Origin: Nitrosopumilus sp.
GTDB lineage: Archaea > Thermoproteota > Nitrososphaeria > Nitrososphaerales > Nitrosopumilaceae
Direction of reading: 5' to 3'
DNA: 64,000 bases
Assembly: GCA_965205675.1 (NCBI GenBank)
Contig: OZ242186.1
Location: 640,001 to 704,000, forward strand
Positions 1 to 9,789 of this stretch are shown here, one piece after another. The notes beneath the pieces are model-generated. The model ran no database searches, was not told the DNA's origin, and saw nothing but the letters and a program-made list of their open reading frames with translations. The position numbers and the translations under genes are program-made. The number at the start of each line of letters is the position of its first letter. Position 1 is the stretch's first letter.

Positions 1-584
1 ATTATTTCAATTTCCCCTGATTTATTTGGAAATATGTTTTCTTTTTGTGTTTTAATTGATACCCATACTCTTTGTCCATTAATTATGGAATCTTCTTGAA
101 AAAAAACTGGATGTACATGTCCCATTATGATTTTATTTACATGAGAAAAATTTTCTGAAGGCATTGTATGCCCATGTGTTAACAATACATCTTCTTCCAC
201 CACTCCTGTTGAACTAATCATTGATATGTTATCTGGAACTAATCTTTGAATATTTGCATCATGATTTCCTGGAATTAATACCACATCGCATTTTTTACTA
301 ATTTCTCTAAAAAATAATGGTACTTCGTTCCATTCGTTTCTTGATATACTTTTGATGCTTGATTTGATATCTCCGAGTAAAATAACTGAATCTGGTTCCT
401 CAGAATCAATTAATTCTGTTACTTCTTGAATTGATTCATTTATCGTTGAATTTTTACCTATAAAAATTTCATTTGATGCCATGTTATTTTCAAATCCTAT
501 ATGAATATCTGTAATTATGAGATTCTTTCTCTTTCCTTCTAAAATCAAAGCTGGTTTTGATGGGATTATTCTTGTCTGCATCAT
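1..584 (-). CDS. Calcineurin-like metallophosphoesterase (runs off the window start)
   Basis: Manual minus-strand translation from ATG at 584: MMQTRIIPSKPALIL...TDIHIG...LGDI...PGNHD...HGH...GHVHP, the full set of metallophosphoesterase motifs. Absent from the ORF track because it has no stop in the window. Confidence 0.85.
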   Translation of the reverse strand, partial: MMQTRIIPSKPALILEGKRKNLIITDIHIGFENNMASNEIFIGKNSTINESIQEVTELIDSEEPDSVILLGDIKSSIKSISRNEWNEVPLFFREISKKCDVVLIPGNHDANIQRLVPDNISMISSTGVVEEDVLLTHGHTMPSENFSHVNKIIMGHVHPVFFQEDSIINGQRVWVSIKTQKENIFPNKSGEIEI

Positions 585-618
585 CAAAGTTATACTGTAG
601 ATATATGATTAAATTCTT

Positions 619-921
619 ATGAGCAAGGATTTGAATCGTATACAGTCTATAGTTTCTCAACGACGAGTCAAATTGCATATTTTTGAGCCTAGTCAAAGAA
701 AAATCTGGACTGTAGTTGGTAAAGGTAAAGAACATTGGGTAGATCCTGATTGTAATTATTGCTCTTGCTTTGGATTTTATTTTGGTAGATTAAATGGAAA
801 AATTACCTGTTATCATCTTGAATCTGCACAACTTGCTAGAAACAATAATCAAGTTGAAAAAATTATTTTTTCTGATGATGAATTTACTATTTTTCTGTCA
901 GGATTAATTTCTGATTTGTAA
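619..921 (+). CDS. SWIM-type zinc finger protein
   Basis: YCSC...CYH (CxC-xn-CxH) pattern. Confidence 0.7.
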   Translation: MSKDLNRIQSIVSQRRVKLHIFEPSQRKIWTVVGKGKEHWVDPDCNYCSCFGFYFGRLNGKITCYHLESAQLARNNNQVEKIIFSDDEFTIFLSGLISDL

Positions 922-968
922 TTATTGCTATTCGAACTTGTTAATAACTAGAAATTTTATACAAAACT

Positions 969-1220
969 ATGGATGAGAATCAACAAAATTCTGAAATAGA
1001 AAAAATTGCAAATATCATGCTTCATGATGATATTTCTCCTGATGAGCAAGATGTTGCTAAATTAGAGAAATACAAAAACCAAATCAAAGAAGATTGTAAT
1101 CTTGATGATGATAAAGCAATGAAGCTTGTTTATGAAACACTGCTTTATAGAAAATTAAAAAACTCTGATTCTAGTGATGTTTTAGAAAAAGGTAGTGAGT
1201 TTGGAGCTGGATTTAGCTAA
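969..1220 (+). CDS. Hypothetical protein
   Basis: Acidic ORF with normal composition; AT-rich TATA-like element upstream. Confidence 0.65.
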   Translation: MDENQQNSEIEKIANIMLHDDISPDEQDVAKLEKYKNQIKEDCNLDDDKAMKLVYETLLYRKLKNSDSSDVLEKGSEFGAGFS

Positions 1221-1222
1221 GT

Positions 1223-1522
1223 TTATTCTAACGGTATAGTGTCAATATCGTCTTTTGAAACTCCTTTCCAAAGACCAATCATCCCTTCTGGTTCTACTTG
1301 TTCAACTTTGGTAATTTGTTGAATTTTGATGTGATCTGGGGTTGGAGGCATCCATAACATTGCCATATACTCTCCCACCTCTCCAACTTTTGTTGGTGAT
1401 GCTATGGTGATCTTTTCTGCTACAAATCCTTTTGCAACTAGTGCATTTGTGGCTTTTTCTTTAAGATCCATTTTTCCATGTAGGAATAAATAGACCTCTT
1501 TTTGTGTATCAATTTCTGCCAT
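1223..1522 (-). CDS. Hypothetical protein
   Basis: 99-aa ORF with globular composition, convergent with its neighbour. Confidence 0.7.
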   Translation of the reverse strand: MAEIDTQKEVYLFLHGKMDLKEKATNALVAKGFVAEKITIASPTKVGEVGEYMAMLWMPPTPDHIKIQQITKVEQVEPEGMIGLWKGVSKDDIDTIPLE

Positions 1523-1610
1523 GAAATATATGATCTTTTAAACTAAATCAATCTTTCTTGATCTAATTTCCCCAAAAAGGATTAAATTAGAACAAACGAG
1601 AATCCCAACT

Positions 1611-1904
1611 GTGAAAATCTTCACTGTTGGTAACAAATCTTTTGTAACTAGTTTCCAGTTGGCTGGAATTCCTGGCAAAATCTCTGAAACTCCTCAAAAG
1701 GCTTTTGAAGAAATCAAAACATTAACTGATGATTCTGATGTTGGTTTGGTTTTGGTCAGTGATGATATTACAGAATCTATTGGTGATAAATTAACTGCTT
1801 TACGAGCTGAAAAATCTACTCTTGTTTTTGCATTACCTGCAGCAGGTAGTGAAAAAACTGAAGTTGATTACAGAGTTATGCTAAAGAAAATTCTTGGTGT
1901 ATAA
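1611..1904 (+). CDS. atpF: A/V-type ATP synthase subunit F
   Basis: MKIFTVG...F.LAGI...DVGLVLVSDDI...YRVMLKKILGV, typical of subunit F; GTG start. Confidence 0.85.
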   Translation: MKIFTVGNKSFVTSFQLAGIPGKISETPQKAFEEIKTLTDDSDVGLVLVSDDITESIGDKLTALRAEKSTLVFALPAAGSEKTEVDYRVMLKKILGV

Positions 1905-1935
1905 TCTATTATAATCAGATTTATGATATTTTACA

Positions 1936-2964
1936 ATGAAAACTGCTTCTGTTAAAGAACCATCTGTAATTTCTGTAGATGAAACAGAAAAACCTCAATT
2001 AGAATCTGGAGATATTTTAGTACAAATGCGTGCATGTGGTATTTGTGGCTCTGACTTGGAGAAAGTCTTTGGTCAGTATGGTCAACCTTCAATGCGTTTA
2101 GGCCATGAGCCCTCTGGAATTATCTTAGATGTTGGTTCTAATGTGACAGAATTCAAAAAAGGCGATAGAGTGTTCACTCACCACCATGTTCCATGTTATG
2201 ACTGCCATTTTTGTAATCATGGAAATGAAACAATGTGTAAGAAATACTATGAAACAAATCTTTCTCCTTGTGGGTTATCTGAAGAATATGTTGTGCCTTC
2301 ATGGAATGTTTCACATGGTGGAGTTTTGAAAATTTCTGACTCCCTTAGCTATGAAGAAGCTGCAATGATTGAACCATTGGCATGTTGTGTTAGAGCATGG
2401 TCAAAATTCTCTTATCATGAAGATGATTCAGCTGCAATTTTTGGTGTAGGTCCTACTGGTATGATGCATGTGCTACTAGCGCATACTAAAAAATTCTCAA
2501 AGATTTTCTGTTTTGATGTTAATGATTTTAGATTGAATTTTGCCAAAAAATTTGATATCACTAATTCTATCTCATCTATGGATGAAAACCGAAAACAAAA
2601 GATTCTAGATGATACTGGTGGTCAGGGAGTGGATGTTGCAATTGTTGCTACAAGTAGCCTCAAAGCATTAGATGATGCTCTAGATATGGTGAGAAAAGGT
2701 GGCACTGTTATGATGTTTGGTGTTCCTTCTAAAGGTGCCAAATTAGATTTGGATATGAGCAAAGTTTACTCTAAGGAAATTACTTTGATCACTAGTTATG
2801 CTGCATCTGATTCTGATACTAAAGAAGCCTTATCTTTGATAGAGTCTTCCCAAATTAATGTCAAGCAATTAATTACTCACACTTATTCCATATCTGATTC
2901 TCAAAAAGCATTTGATCATGCTCGCACTGGTCAAAATGCTATGAAAATTATCATTACAAAATAA
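1936..2964 (+). CDS. Zinc-dependent medium-chain dehydrogenase (sorbitol/threonine dehydrogenase-like)
   Basis: CGICGSD, GHE, CxxCxxC...C structural Zn site, GVGPTG Rossmann motif. Confidence 0.9.
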   Translation: MKTASVKEPSVISVDETEKPQLESGDILVQMRACGICGSDLEKVFGQYGQPSMRLGHEPSGIILDVGSNVTEFKKGDRVFTHHHVPCYDCHFCNHGNETMCKKYYETNLSPCGLSEEYVVPSWNVSHGGVLKISDSLSYEEAAMIEPLACCVRAWSKFSYHEDDSAAIFGVGPTGMMHVLLAHTKKFSKIFCFDVNDFRLNFAKKFDITNSISSMDENRKQKILDDTGGQGVDVAIVATSSLKALDDALDMVRKGGTVMMFGVPSKGAKLDLDMSKVYSKEITLITSYAASDSDTKEALSLIESSQINVKQLITHTYSISDSQKAFDHARTGQNAMKIIITK

Positions 2965-3009
2965 GAAAGGCTTAAGAAGGGATTTTCATTCTTTCAAAAT
3001 CGAAGTAAT

Positions 3010-4164
3010 TTGGATTGGGGATTAAAAAATAGAATTTCTAGTATAATCAAACCGCAAAATAACCGTGCATTGATGTTGGCTGTAGACCATGGTTATTTTC
3101 TTGGCCCTACTGAAAAGTTAGAGAATCCTAGAAAGGTAATTGCTCCTTTGTTAAAATATTGTGACTCTTTGATGGTTACCCGAGGAGTTCAAAGAACTTC
3201 TGTTCCTGCAACTACTGATACCCCTATGGTCTTGAGAGTTTCTGGCGGTTCTAGTATTATAGGTGATGATCTATCTCAAGAAGATATCACAGTATCTGTT
3301 GAAGATGCTATTAGACTAAATGCAAGTGCTCTTGCAATGTCTATCTTTGTTGGCTCAAAATATGAATATCAAACCATTGTTAATCTTGGAAAATTAGTTA
3401 ATGAGGCAGAAAAATATGGTTTGCCTGTTTTAGCAGTTACTGCAGTGGGAAAGGAACTTGGTAAGGATGCACGATACCTTTCATTGGCTTGTCGTATTGC
3501 AGCTGAACAAGGCGCACATATTGTCAAAACTTACTATTGTGAGAATTTTGAAAAAGTTGTTCAATCATGTCCTGTGCCAATTATTGTTGCAGGTGGAAAG
3601 AAAATTCCTGAACGTGATGCCTTACAATTAACATATAACGCAATCAAAGGCGGCGCTGTGGGTGTTGATATGGGTAGAAACATCTGGCAATCTGCACATC
3701 CAGTTCCTATGATCCAGGCTGTGCGCGCAATTGTACACCAAAACAAAAATGCTGATCAAGCTTTCAAAATATATCAACAACTCGTAGCACAAGAACCAAA
3801 ATCAAACGAACCTAATAATTACAAAAAAGGTAACAACCCAAACCAAAAGAAAGGTAACAACCCAAACCAAAAGAAAGGTAACAACCCAAACCAAAAGAAA
3901 GGTAACAACCCAAACCCAGAGAAAGACAATAACCCAAAACCAAACGAACTTAACAATCAGAAAAAAGATGATGTCTCAAACCAAAAGAAAGACAATAATC
4001 CAAAACCAAACGAACTTAACAATCAGAAAAAAGATGATGTCTCAAACCAAAAGAAAGACAATAACCCAAAACCAAACGAACTTAACAATCAGAAAAAAGA
4101 TGATGTCTCAAACCAAAAGAAAGACAATAACCCAAAACCAAACGAACTTGATGGTACAAAATAA
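3010..4164 (+). CDS. lsrF: LsrF/DhnA-family class I aldolase/thiolase with a low-complexity repeat tail
   Basis: MDWG.KNR, LAVDHGYFLGPT, VKTYY, IAGGKK-like, GVDMGRNIWQ motifs; C-terminal ~110 aa are K/N/D/Q repeats. Confidence 0.85.
   Translation: MDWGLKNRISSIIKPQNNRALMLAVDHGYFLGPTEKLENPRKVIAPLLKYCDSLMVTRGVQRTSVPATTDTPMVLRVSGGSSIIGDDLSQEDITVSVEDAIRLNASALAMSIFVGSKYEYQTIVNLGKLVNEAEKYGLPVLAVTAVGKELGKDARYLSLACRIAAEQGAHIVKTYYCENFEKVVQSCPVPIIVAGGKKIPERDALQLTYNAIKGGAVGVDMGRNIWQSAHPVPMIQAVRAIVHQNKNADQAFKIYQQLVAQEPKSNEPNNYKKGNNPNQKKGNNPNQKKGNNPNQKKGNNPNPEKDNNPKPNELNNQKKDDVSNQKKDNNPKPNELNNQKKDDVSNQKKDNNPKPNELNNQKKDDVSNQKKDNNPKPNELDGTK
3826..4149 (+). repeat. Compound coding tandem repeat: 4 x 24 bp followed by ~3.5 x 66 bp
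   Basis: 24-bp unit aaaggtaacaacccaaaccaaaag at 3826/3850/3874/3898; 66-bp unit starting aaagacaataa at 3922/3988/4054/4120 (last partial). Confidence 0.95.
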
Positions 4165-4200
4165 TAAAGTTTCTAATACATATCAAAATTTAATCTATTT

Positions 4201-4602
4201 TCATTCAATTCTAGATAAATGAATATGTGCAATCTTCCATGTTGGTTGTTTTACCAAAACAAATGTTGCACGCCCTGTTATTGTCATGTGTTCTCCTGTG
4301 AATGCTTTGTTATCTACTAGCATTCCTTTTTGGATCAACTCCAACGCAACAATTGCCGTTTCTCCAAATACACTGATTTTTGGATTTTTTATCTCATAAG
4401 AATAGTCTGATATGCTAACAAATCTTAATTCTTCTAACTCTATTGTTGTTTGATAGTCTTTGAGATCATATGGTGGCAAGTCACTAAAACTGGAAAATTT
4501 TGGGTCATTAAGGTGAATCCCTTTGAGTGTCTCCAAATCCTTGGTAATTCCTGCTTGAAATAATATTTCAATCACTTTGATTATCTCTTCATTATCGTTC
4601 AA
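4201..4602 (-). CDS. NTF2/SnoaL-like (DUF4440-like) protein
   Basis: Ends in GRATFVLVK...WKIAHIHLS, typical of NTF2-like folds. Confidence 0.7.
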   Translation of the reverse strand: MNDNEEIIKVIEILFQAGITKDLETLKGIHLNDPKFSSFSDLPPYDLKDYQTTIELEELRFVSISDYSYEIKNPKISVFGETAIVALELIQKGMLVDNKAFTGEHMTITGRATFVLVKQPTWKIAHIHLSRIE

Positions 4603-4720
4603 AACAGTCTAATCTAAAATGAAGAAAATATCAGTTAAATCTTATGTATATTTGAGGCTAACACTTGATTATTTTTTGAGAATCTTTATTAATTGTCAAT
4701 TGATTATTTTTTTGATTTCA

Positions 4721-4780
4721 ATGAGTACAGAATTTACAGGAATTTTTGGCAAAGTAGTGTCAGTGACTGTTCTACTGTAA
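4721..4780 (+). CDS. Putative leader peptide of the ilv/leu operon (MSTEFTGIFGKVVSVTVLL)
   Basis: 19-codon ORF 28 nt after TTTATTAA (4685-4692); 6 of the last 8 codons are Val/Leu; lies directly upstream of ilvB. Confidence 0.5.
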   Translation: MSTEFTGIFGKVVSVTVLL

Positions 4781-4811
4781 AATGTGCCTGATATCTTACT
4801 AGATTAAAATT

Positions 4812-6524
4812 ATGGAGAGAAGTTTGATGAATGAAATGGAAAATATGACTGGTGCAAAGGCCTTGATGACCTCTATGGAAAAAGAAGGCGTCAAACAAGT
4901 ATTTGGTTTACCTGGAGGTGCAAATCTCCCAATGTATGATGAATTTGCCAGATGTGATATACGACACATTTTGGTAAGGCATGAACAATCAGCAGCTCAT
5001 ATGGCTGATGGTTTTGGTAGAGTTAGCAGAAAACCTGGTGTATGTTTTGCAACTTCTGGTCCTGGTGCTACTAACATTTTAACTGGAATTGCAACTGCAC
5101 AAGCTGATTCTGCACCTATGATTGCAGTAACTGGACAAGTATCAGTCGACATGATTGGTAAGGATGCATTTCAAGAAAGTGATATTATTGGAATGGCAAA
5201 CCCTGTTGTAAAATATGCTTTTCAACCTCGAAGTGCTGCTGAAATCCCCGAAGTTGTAAAAAAAGGATTTTTCATTGCAGAAACTGGAAGACCTGGACCT
5301 GTATTAATTGACATTCCAAAAGATGTTCAAATAAATGAAGCACCAATGAATTTTCCTGATGAATTTAAAATTCAAGGTTATCATCCTTGGACTGATCCTG
5401 ATATTGTTAATGTTGAAAGAGCAATCGATATGTTACTTCACGCAGAAAAACCAATCATACTAGCTGGCGGTGGTGCAATCATTTCATCAGCTTTTGCAGA
5501 GCTGCAATCAATTGCTGAAGCATTAATGCTTCCAGTAGTTACTACTTTCAAAGGCAAGGGTGGATTTCCAGAAAATCATCCTTTATCCCTAGGCCCAATT
5601 GGAATGCATGGCCATGCAGAAGCTAACAAAATGATGGCAGAAGCTGATTGTGTGTTAGCTATTGGTACTAGATTCTCTGATCGGTCAGTTGGTACCTTTG
5701 AGGCATTTGAGAAAAGATTGAAAATTATTCACATGGATGTAGATCCTGCAGAGATTGGTAAAAACCAAACAGCTCAAGTTGCCATAGTGGGAGATGTTCG
5801 TGCCTCCTTGCGTATTATGGTAAAATTACTTTTGCAAAAAGCGATTAAAAAAACTGAAGAAACTCCTTGGATAAAACATGTCAAGGAAACTAAGGCATAT
5901 TGGAAAGAAAACTTGAAACTTCATCCTGGTGAAATGGGTGCCGCTAAAATTTTACGCAAGCTTCGTGAATTACTCCCAAAGGAATCTATTGTTACAACTG
6001 AGGTAGGACAACACCAAATGTGGGCTTCTTTATTTTATGATGTAATTCAACCCGGAACTTTCTTTAGTTCTACTGGACTTGGTACTATGGGTTGGGGATT
6101 TCCTGCAGCCATTGGTGCCAAAGTTGCAAAACCTGATGCACCTGTAGTTGACATTGCAGGAGATGGTAGTTTTAGTATGACTGAGAATTCTCTTGCAACT
6201 GCAGTTCTTGAAGACATTCCTGTCATTGTATTTCTCTTAAACAACTCTTCACTAGGAATGGTAGCTCAATGGCAAAGAACCTTCTATGACCGACGAATGA
6301 TTGGTGTAGATCAACAAAGTTGTCCTGATTATGTTAAACTCGCAGAGTCTTATGGCGCACAAGGATTAAGAGCTCAGTCTATGGATGAACTTGACAATGC
6401 AATTAAAACTGCATTAAGCAGCAATGTTGCAACTGTAATTGACATTCCAATTGATCCTGAAGAAGATGTATTGCCATTTGTAGCTCCTGGAACTCCGTTG
6501 TCGGAGATGATCTTACCTTCTTAG
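4812..6524 (+). CDS. ilvB: Acetolactate synthase large subunit (true start may be 4827 or 4836)
   Basis: VFGLPGGA, RHEQ, TSGPGATN, GRPGPV, GDGSF TPP-binding motif. Confidence 0.95.
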   Translation: MERSLMNEMENMTGAKALMTSMEKEGVKQVFGLPGGANLPMYDEFARCDIRHILVRHEQSAAHMADGFGRVSRKPGVCFATSGPGATNILTGIATAQADSAPMIAVTGQVSVDMIGKDAFQESDIIGMANPVVKYAFQPRSAAEIPEVVKKGFFIAETGRPGPVLIDIPKDVQINEAPMNFPDEFKIQGYHPWTDPDIVNVERAIDMLLHAEKPIILAGGGAIISSAFAELQSIAEALMLPVVTTFKGKGGFPENHPLSLGPIGMHGHAEANKMMAEADCVLAIGTRFSDRSVGTFEAFEKRLKIIHMDVDPAEIGKNQTAQVAIVGDVRASLRIMVKLLLQKAIKKTEETPWIKHVKETKAYWKENLKLHPGEMGAAKILRKLRELLPKESIVTTEVGQHQMWASLFYDVIQPGTFFSSTGLGTMGWGFPAAIGAKVAKPDAPVVDIAGDGSFSMTENSLATAVLEDIPVIVFLLNNSSLGMVAQWQRTFYDRRMIGVDQQSCPDYVKLAESYGAQGLRAQSMDELDNAIKTALSSNVATVIDIPIDPEEDVLPFVAPGTPLSEMILPS

Positions 6525-6533
6525 TGATTAAAC

Positions 6534-7016
6534 ATGTGGGCAATACTTTCTATCCTAGTTGAAAACAAACCTGGAATCTTATTCAAGGTGACTCATCTTT
6601 TCAGAGCAAGGAATTTCAATATTGATAGTATCTCTGTGGGGATAACTGAAAATTCTGAATATTCCAAGATGACTATTACTACATATGGTGATGAAAAACA
6701 AATTGATCAAATCGTAAAACAACTCGATAAAATGATTGACACAGTCAAAGTTGAGCGCTTAGATGAGCACAAAACAGTATATCGCGAACTTAGTCTTTTT
6801 AAGATAACACTCAGTAATGCTAATGATAGTATGGAAGTTAATAAACTAGCAAATGCGTATGGTGCCAAAGTCCATGACGTGAAAAAAGATTCTCTTATGG
6901 TAGAATTAACTGCCACACCTGATCAAATCAAAGCATTTGAAGAATTAGTAAAACCTTTTGGAATTCTTGATGTTGCTCGAACCGGTGTTGCTGCTTTGCA
7001 AAGAAGTGGTGCATAA
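6534..7016 (+). CDS. ilvN: Acetolactate synthase small (regulatory ACT) subunit
   Basis: LSILVENKPGIL...F..RNFNIDSISVG...ARTG; adjacent to ilvB. Confidence 0.93.
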   Translation: MWAILSILVENKPGILFKVTHLFRARNFNIDSISVGITENSEYSKMTITTYGDEKQIDQIVKQLDKMIDTVKVERLDEHKTVYRELSLFKITLSNANDSMEVNKLANAYGAKVHDVKKDSLMVELTATPDQIKAFEELVKPFGILDVARTGVAALQRSGA

Positions 7017-8524
7017 TGACAAATGTTAGAATTTTTGATACCACACTAAGAGATGGCGAACAAACTCTTGGAGTATCTTTATCTCCTGATCAAAAATTAG
7101 CAATTGCAAAAAAACTTGATGAATTGGGAGTTGATGCAATAGAGGCAGGATTTCCTGTAATTTCTGAAGGTGAATCACAAGCTGTTAAAATGATTACAGC
7201 AGAAGGGTTATCTTGTGAAATTGCAGGATTGACTAGAACTATCAAAAAAGATATTGATGCTGCAGTTGATGCCGGATTAAATTACGTTCACACATTTATT
7301 GCAACTTCAGACATTCACTTGGAACACAAGCTCCACATGACTCGAGAACACGCTCTTGAAAAAGCAATTGAAGCAGTAGAATATGGCAAGTCTCGTGGAT
7401 TGCAAGTAGAGTTTTCAGCTGAAGATGCATCAAGAACTGATCGGGAATTTTTGAAAAAAGTTTTCGGTGATGTTGCAAAAGCAGGTGCTGATCGTGTCAA
7501 TATTCCTGACACTGTGGGTTATTCTACCCCTGAATACATGGCTGAAATTACTAAAGACACTATTGAGGCTACAAAACTTCCAGTAAGTGTTCATTGTCAT
7601 AATGATTTTGGATTAGCAGTTGCAAATGCCTTATCTGGAATTCATGCAGGTGCTGCATGTGCCCATGTTACAATTAATGGTATTGGGGAAAGAGCAGGCA
7701 ATGCTTCATTAGAAGAATTTTCAATGGCACTCAAATGTTTACCCTATGATCAAAATTATGAAACCAACATCAAATCTGAATTAATTTATGATACATCTAG
7801 ATTCATTTCAAAAACTGTGGGGATTATTGTACAACCAAACAAAGCAATAGTTGGTGCTAATGCTTTTGGTCATGAATCTGGAATTCATACACATGGTGTA
7901 TTGAACAATCCTCTTACTTACGAACCTATTAGTCCTGAATTAGTTGGAAGAAAACGTTGGCTTAAGGTTGGAAAACATGCAGGTGTTCATGGGATGAATG
8001 CCATGTTGGAAGAGTATGGTGTAAAACCCACTGAAGAACAAGCAAAACAAATCTTAGAACAAGTTAAGATGCTCGGTGACCAGGGAAGACAAATTACTGA
8101 TGTCGAGTTGTTATCTATTGCTAGTGAAGTTCTAGGTGAAAAAGATCTTAAAAGAATTGTACAATTGACTGGTTTTTCTGTCTCTACTGGAATTGGAACT
8201 ATGCCTTATGCCTTTGTAAAACTAAATGTCAATGGCCAGGATCATATTGGAACTGATTATGGTGTTGGGCCTGTAGATGCTGCATTAAATGCGATTCAAA
8301 AAATTACTGGTAAGATTTCTGAAATTAAAATCAAAGACTATGGATTGGCATCTATTTCTGGCGGTTCTGGAGCATTATGTGAAGTTACAGTAAAAGTTGA
8401 AGATCCTTTGGGAAATAAGGTCTCTGCAAAATCTGTTGGTGAAGATATTGTAACTACTTCTGTAAAGGCAGTTATTGACGCAATTAATAGAATCATGCTC
8501 AAAAAAATGCTTGATGAAAACTAG
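7016..8524 (+). CDS. leuA: 2-isopropylmalate synthase / citramalate synthase family
   Basis: FDTTLRDGEQ, HCHNDFG, GERAGNA, HESGIH, C-terminal GPVDA regulatory domain; leuA versus cimA cannot be settled by eye. Confidence 0.85.
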   Translation: MTNVRIFDTTLRDGEQTLGVSLSPDQKLAIAKKLDELGVDAIEAGFPVISEGESQAVKMITAEGLSCEIAGLTRTIKKDIDAAVDAGLNYVHTFIATSDIHLEHKLHMTREHALEKAIEAVEYGKSRGLQVEFSAEDASRTDREFLKKVFGDVAKAGADRVNIPDTVGYSTPEYMAEITKDTIEATKLPVSVHCHNDFGLAVANALSGIHAGAACAHVTINGIGERAGNASLEEFSMALKCLPYDQNYETNIKSELIYDTSRFISKTVGIIVQPNKAIVGANAFGHESGIHTHGVLNNPLTYEPISPELVGRKRWLKVGKHAGVHGMNAMLEEYGVKPTEEQAKQILEQVKMLGDQGRQITDVELLSIASEVLGEKDLKRIVQLTGFSVSTGIGTMPYAFVKLNVNGQDHIGTDYGVGPVDAALNAIQKITGKISEIKIKDYGLASISGGSGALCEVTVKVEDPLGNKVSAKSVGEDIVTTSVKAVIDAINRIMLKKMLDEN

Positions 8525-8560
8525 GTTATCTAAATCCTAAAATCTCCCTTTATCTTATGT

Positions 8561-9580
8561 GTGATTATGTATAAAATCTCATTAATTACAGGTGATGGCA
8601 TAGGTCCTGAGTTATCTGAATCTGCAATTTCTGTGTTAAATACAATTCACGATAGATTCGATTTGAAATTTGATATTACAAAATTATCTGCAGGTGACAA
8701 GGCATTATCTGAAACTGGAAAAGCACTTCCTGATGAAACAGTTGATGTCATAAAACAATCTGATGTTTGCATGAAAGCTCCTGTGGGTGAAAGTGCAGCT
8801 GATGTGATTGTAGTGTTAAGACGGATGCTTGATTTGTATGCTAATATCAGGCCTGCAAAATCATATCCACATATGCCTGCCTTACGTGATGATATTGATA
8901 TGGTAATAGTTCGAGAAAATACTGAGGATCTCTACACTGGAAAAGAATTCAGTTTGGGTAATTCTGCTGTTGCATTAAGAATAATTTCTGAAGATGCATC
9001 AAAACGAATTGCAAAATATGCATTTGAAACTGCCAAACAACGTGATTCTATGAAAAAAGTTACTTGTGTTCACAAGTCCAATGTAATGCGCATTACTGAT
9101 GGGCTCTTTGCAAAAGCTTGTACCAAAGTCTCTAAAAACTATCCTGACATTATATTTGAGCAAATGTATGTTGATGCATGTGCTATGAATTTGATTCGAC
9201 AACCAGAACAATTTGATGTTGTAGTTACAACTAATCTATTTGGAGATATTTTATCTGATGAATCTTCTCAGGTTGTTGGTGGATTGGGCATGGCCCCTGC
9301 TGCTAATATTGGAGACAAGTTTGCACTCTTTGAACCTGTTCATGGTGCAGCATTTGATATTGCAGGACAAAATATTGCAAACCCCTCATCATTTTTACTA
9401 TCTATCAAGATGATGCTTGATTGGCTAGGTAACAAACACAATGATTCAAAATGCATTGAAGTGGGACAAAAATTGGAATCAACAATATTTGATTTAGTCA
9501 AATCTGGTGTCAAGACTAAAGATATTGGCGGTGATAAGAGTACATCAGAATTTACAAAAGAAATTACAGATAATCTCTAA
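8561..9580 (+). CDS. leuB: 3-isopropylmalate / isocitrate-family dehydrogenase
   Basis: GDGIGPE, RENTEDLY, NLFGDILSD, FEPVHGAAFDIAG; operon context. Confidence 0.85.
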   Translation: MIMYKISLITGDGIGPELSESAISVLNTIHDRFDLKFDITKLSAGDKALSETGKALPDETVDVIKQSDVCMKAPVGESAADVIVVLRRMLDLYANIRPAKSYPHMPALRDDIDMVIVRENTEDLYTGKEFSLGNSAVALRIISEDASKRIAKYAFETAKQRDSMKKVTCVHKSNVMRITDGLFAKACTKVSKNYPDIIFEQMYVDACAMNLIRQPEQFDVVVTTNLFGDILSDESSQVVGGLGMAPAANIGDKFALFEPVHGAAFDIAGQNIANPSSFLLSIKMMLDWLGNKHNDSKCIEVGQKLESTIFDLVKSGVKTKDIGGDKSTSEFTKEITDNL

Positions 9581-9657
9581 AAATATGCCTAAAATTAGGA
9601 AATTCTGTTCTGATTTCTTTTATCAATTTTTATTAATCGTTAATTTTTCTTGATAGT

Positions 9658-9789
9658 ATGGTTGTATGTTGTATCTGTAAAATTGCCACTGGAACTCTCA
9701 AAATCTCTGATGGTAATCCAAAGTACAAAGGAAAACCCATTTGTAAAGAGTGTCAGGGATATCGCAAATTACTTAAAGAAACTAAATAG
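9658..9789 (+). CDS. Small (43 aa) CxxC...CxxC zinc-finger protein
   Basis: MVVCCICKIATGTLKISDGNPKYKGKPICKECQGYRKLLKETK; TTTATTAA ~21 nt upstream; below the ORF-track cutoff. Confidence 0.65.
   Translation: MVVCCICKIATGTLKISDGNPKYKGKPICKECQGYRKLLKETK

Noticed and set aside
490-735. Track ORF of 81 aa on minus
   Set aside because: Wrong-frame overlap of the real phosphoesterase start (584) and antisense to the SWIM gene.
3968-4222. Repetitive ORF MMSQTKRKT... and possible CRISPR-like periodicity of 66 bp
   Set aside because: Alternative frame of the lsrF tail; units are identical end to end with no unique spacers, so not CRISPR.
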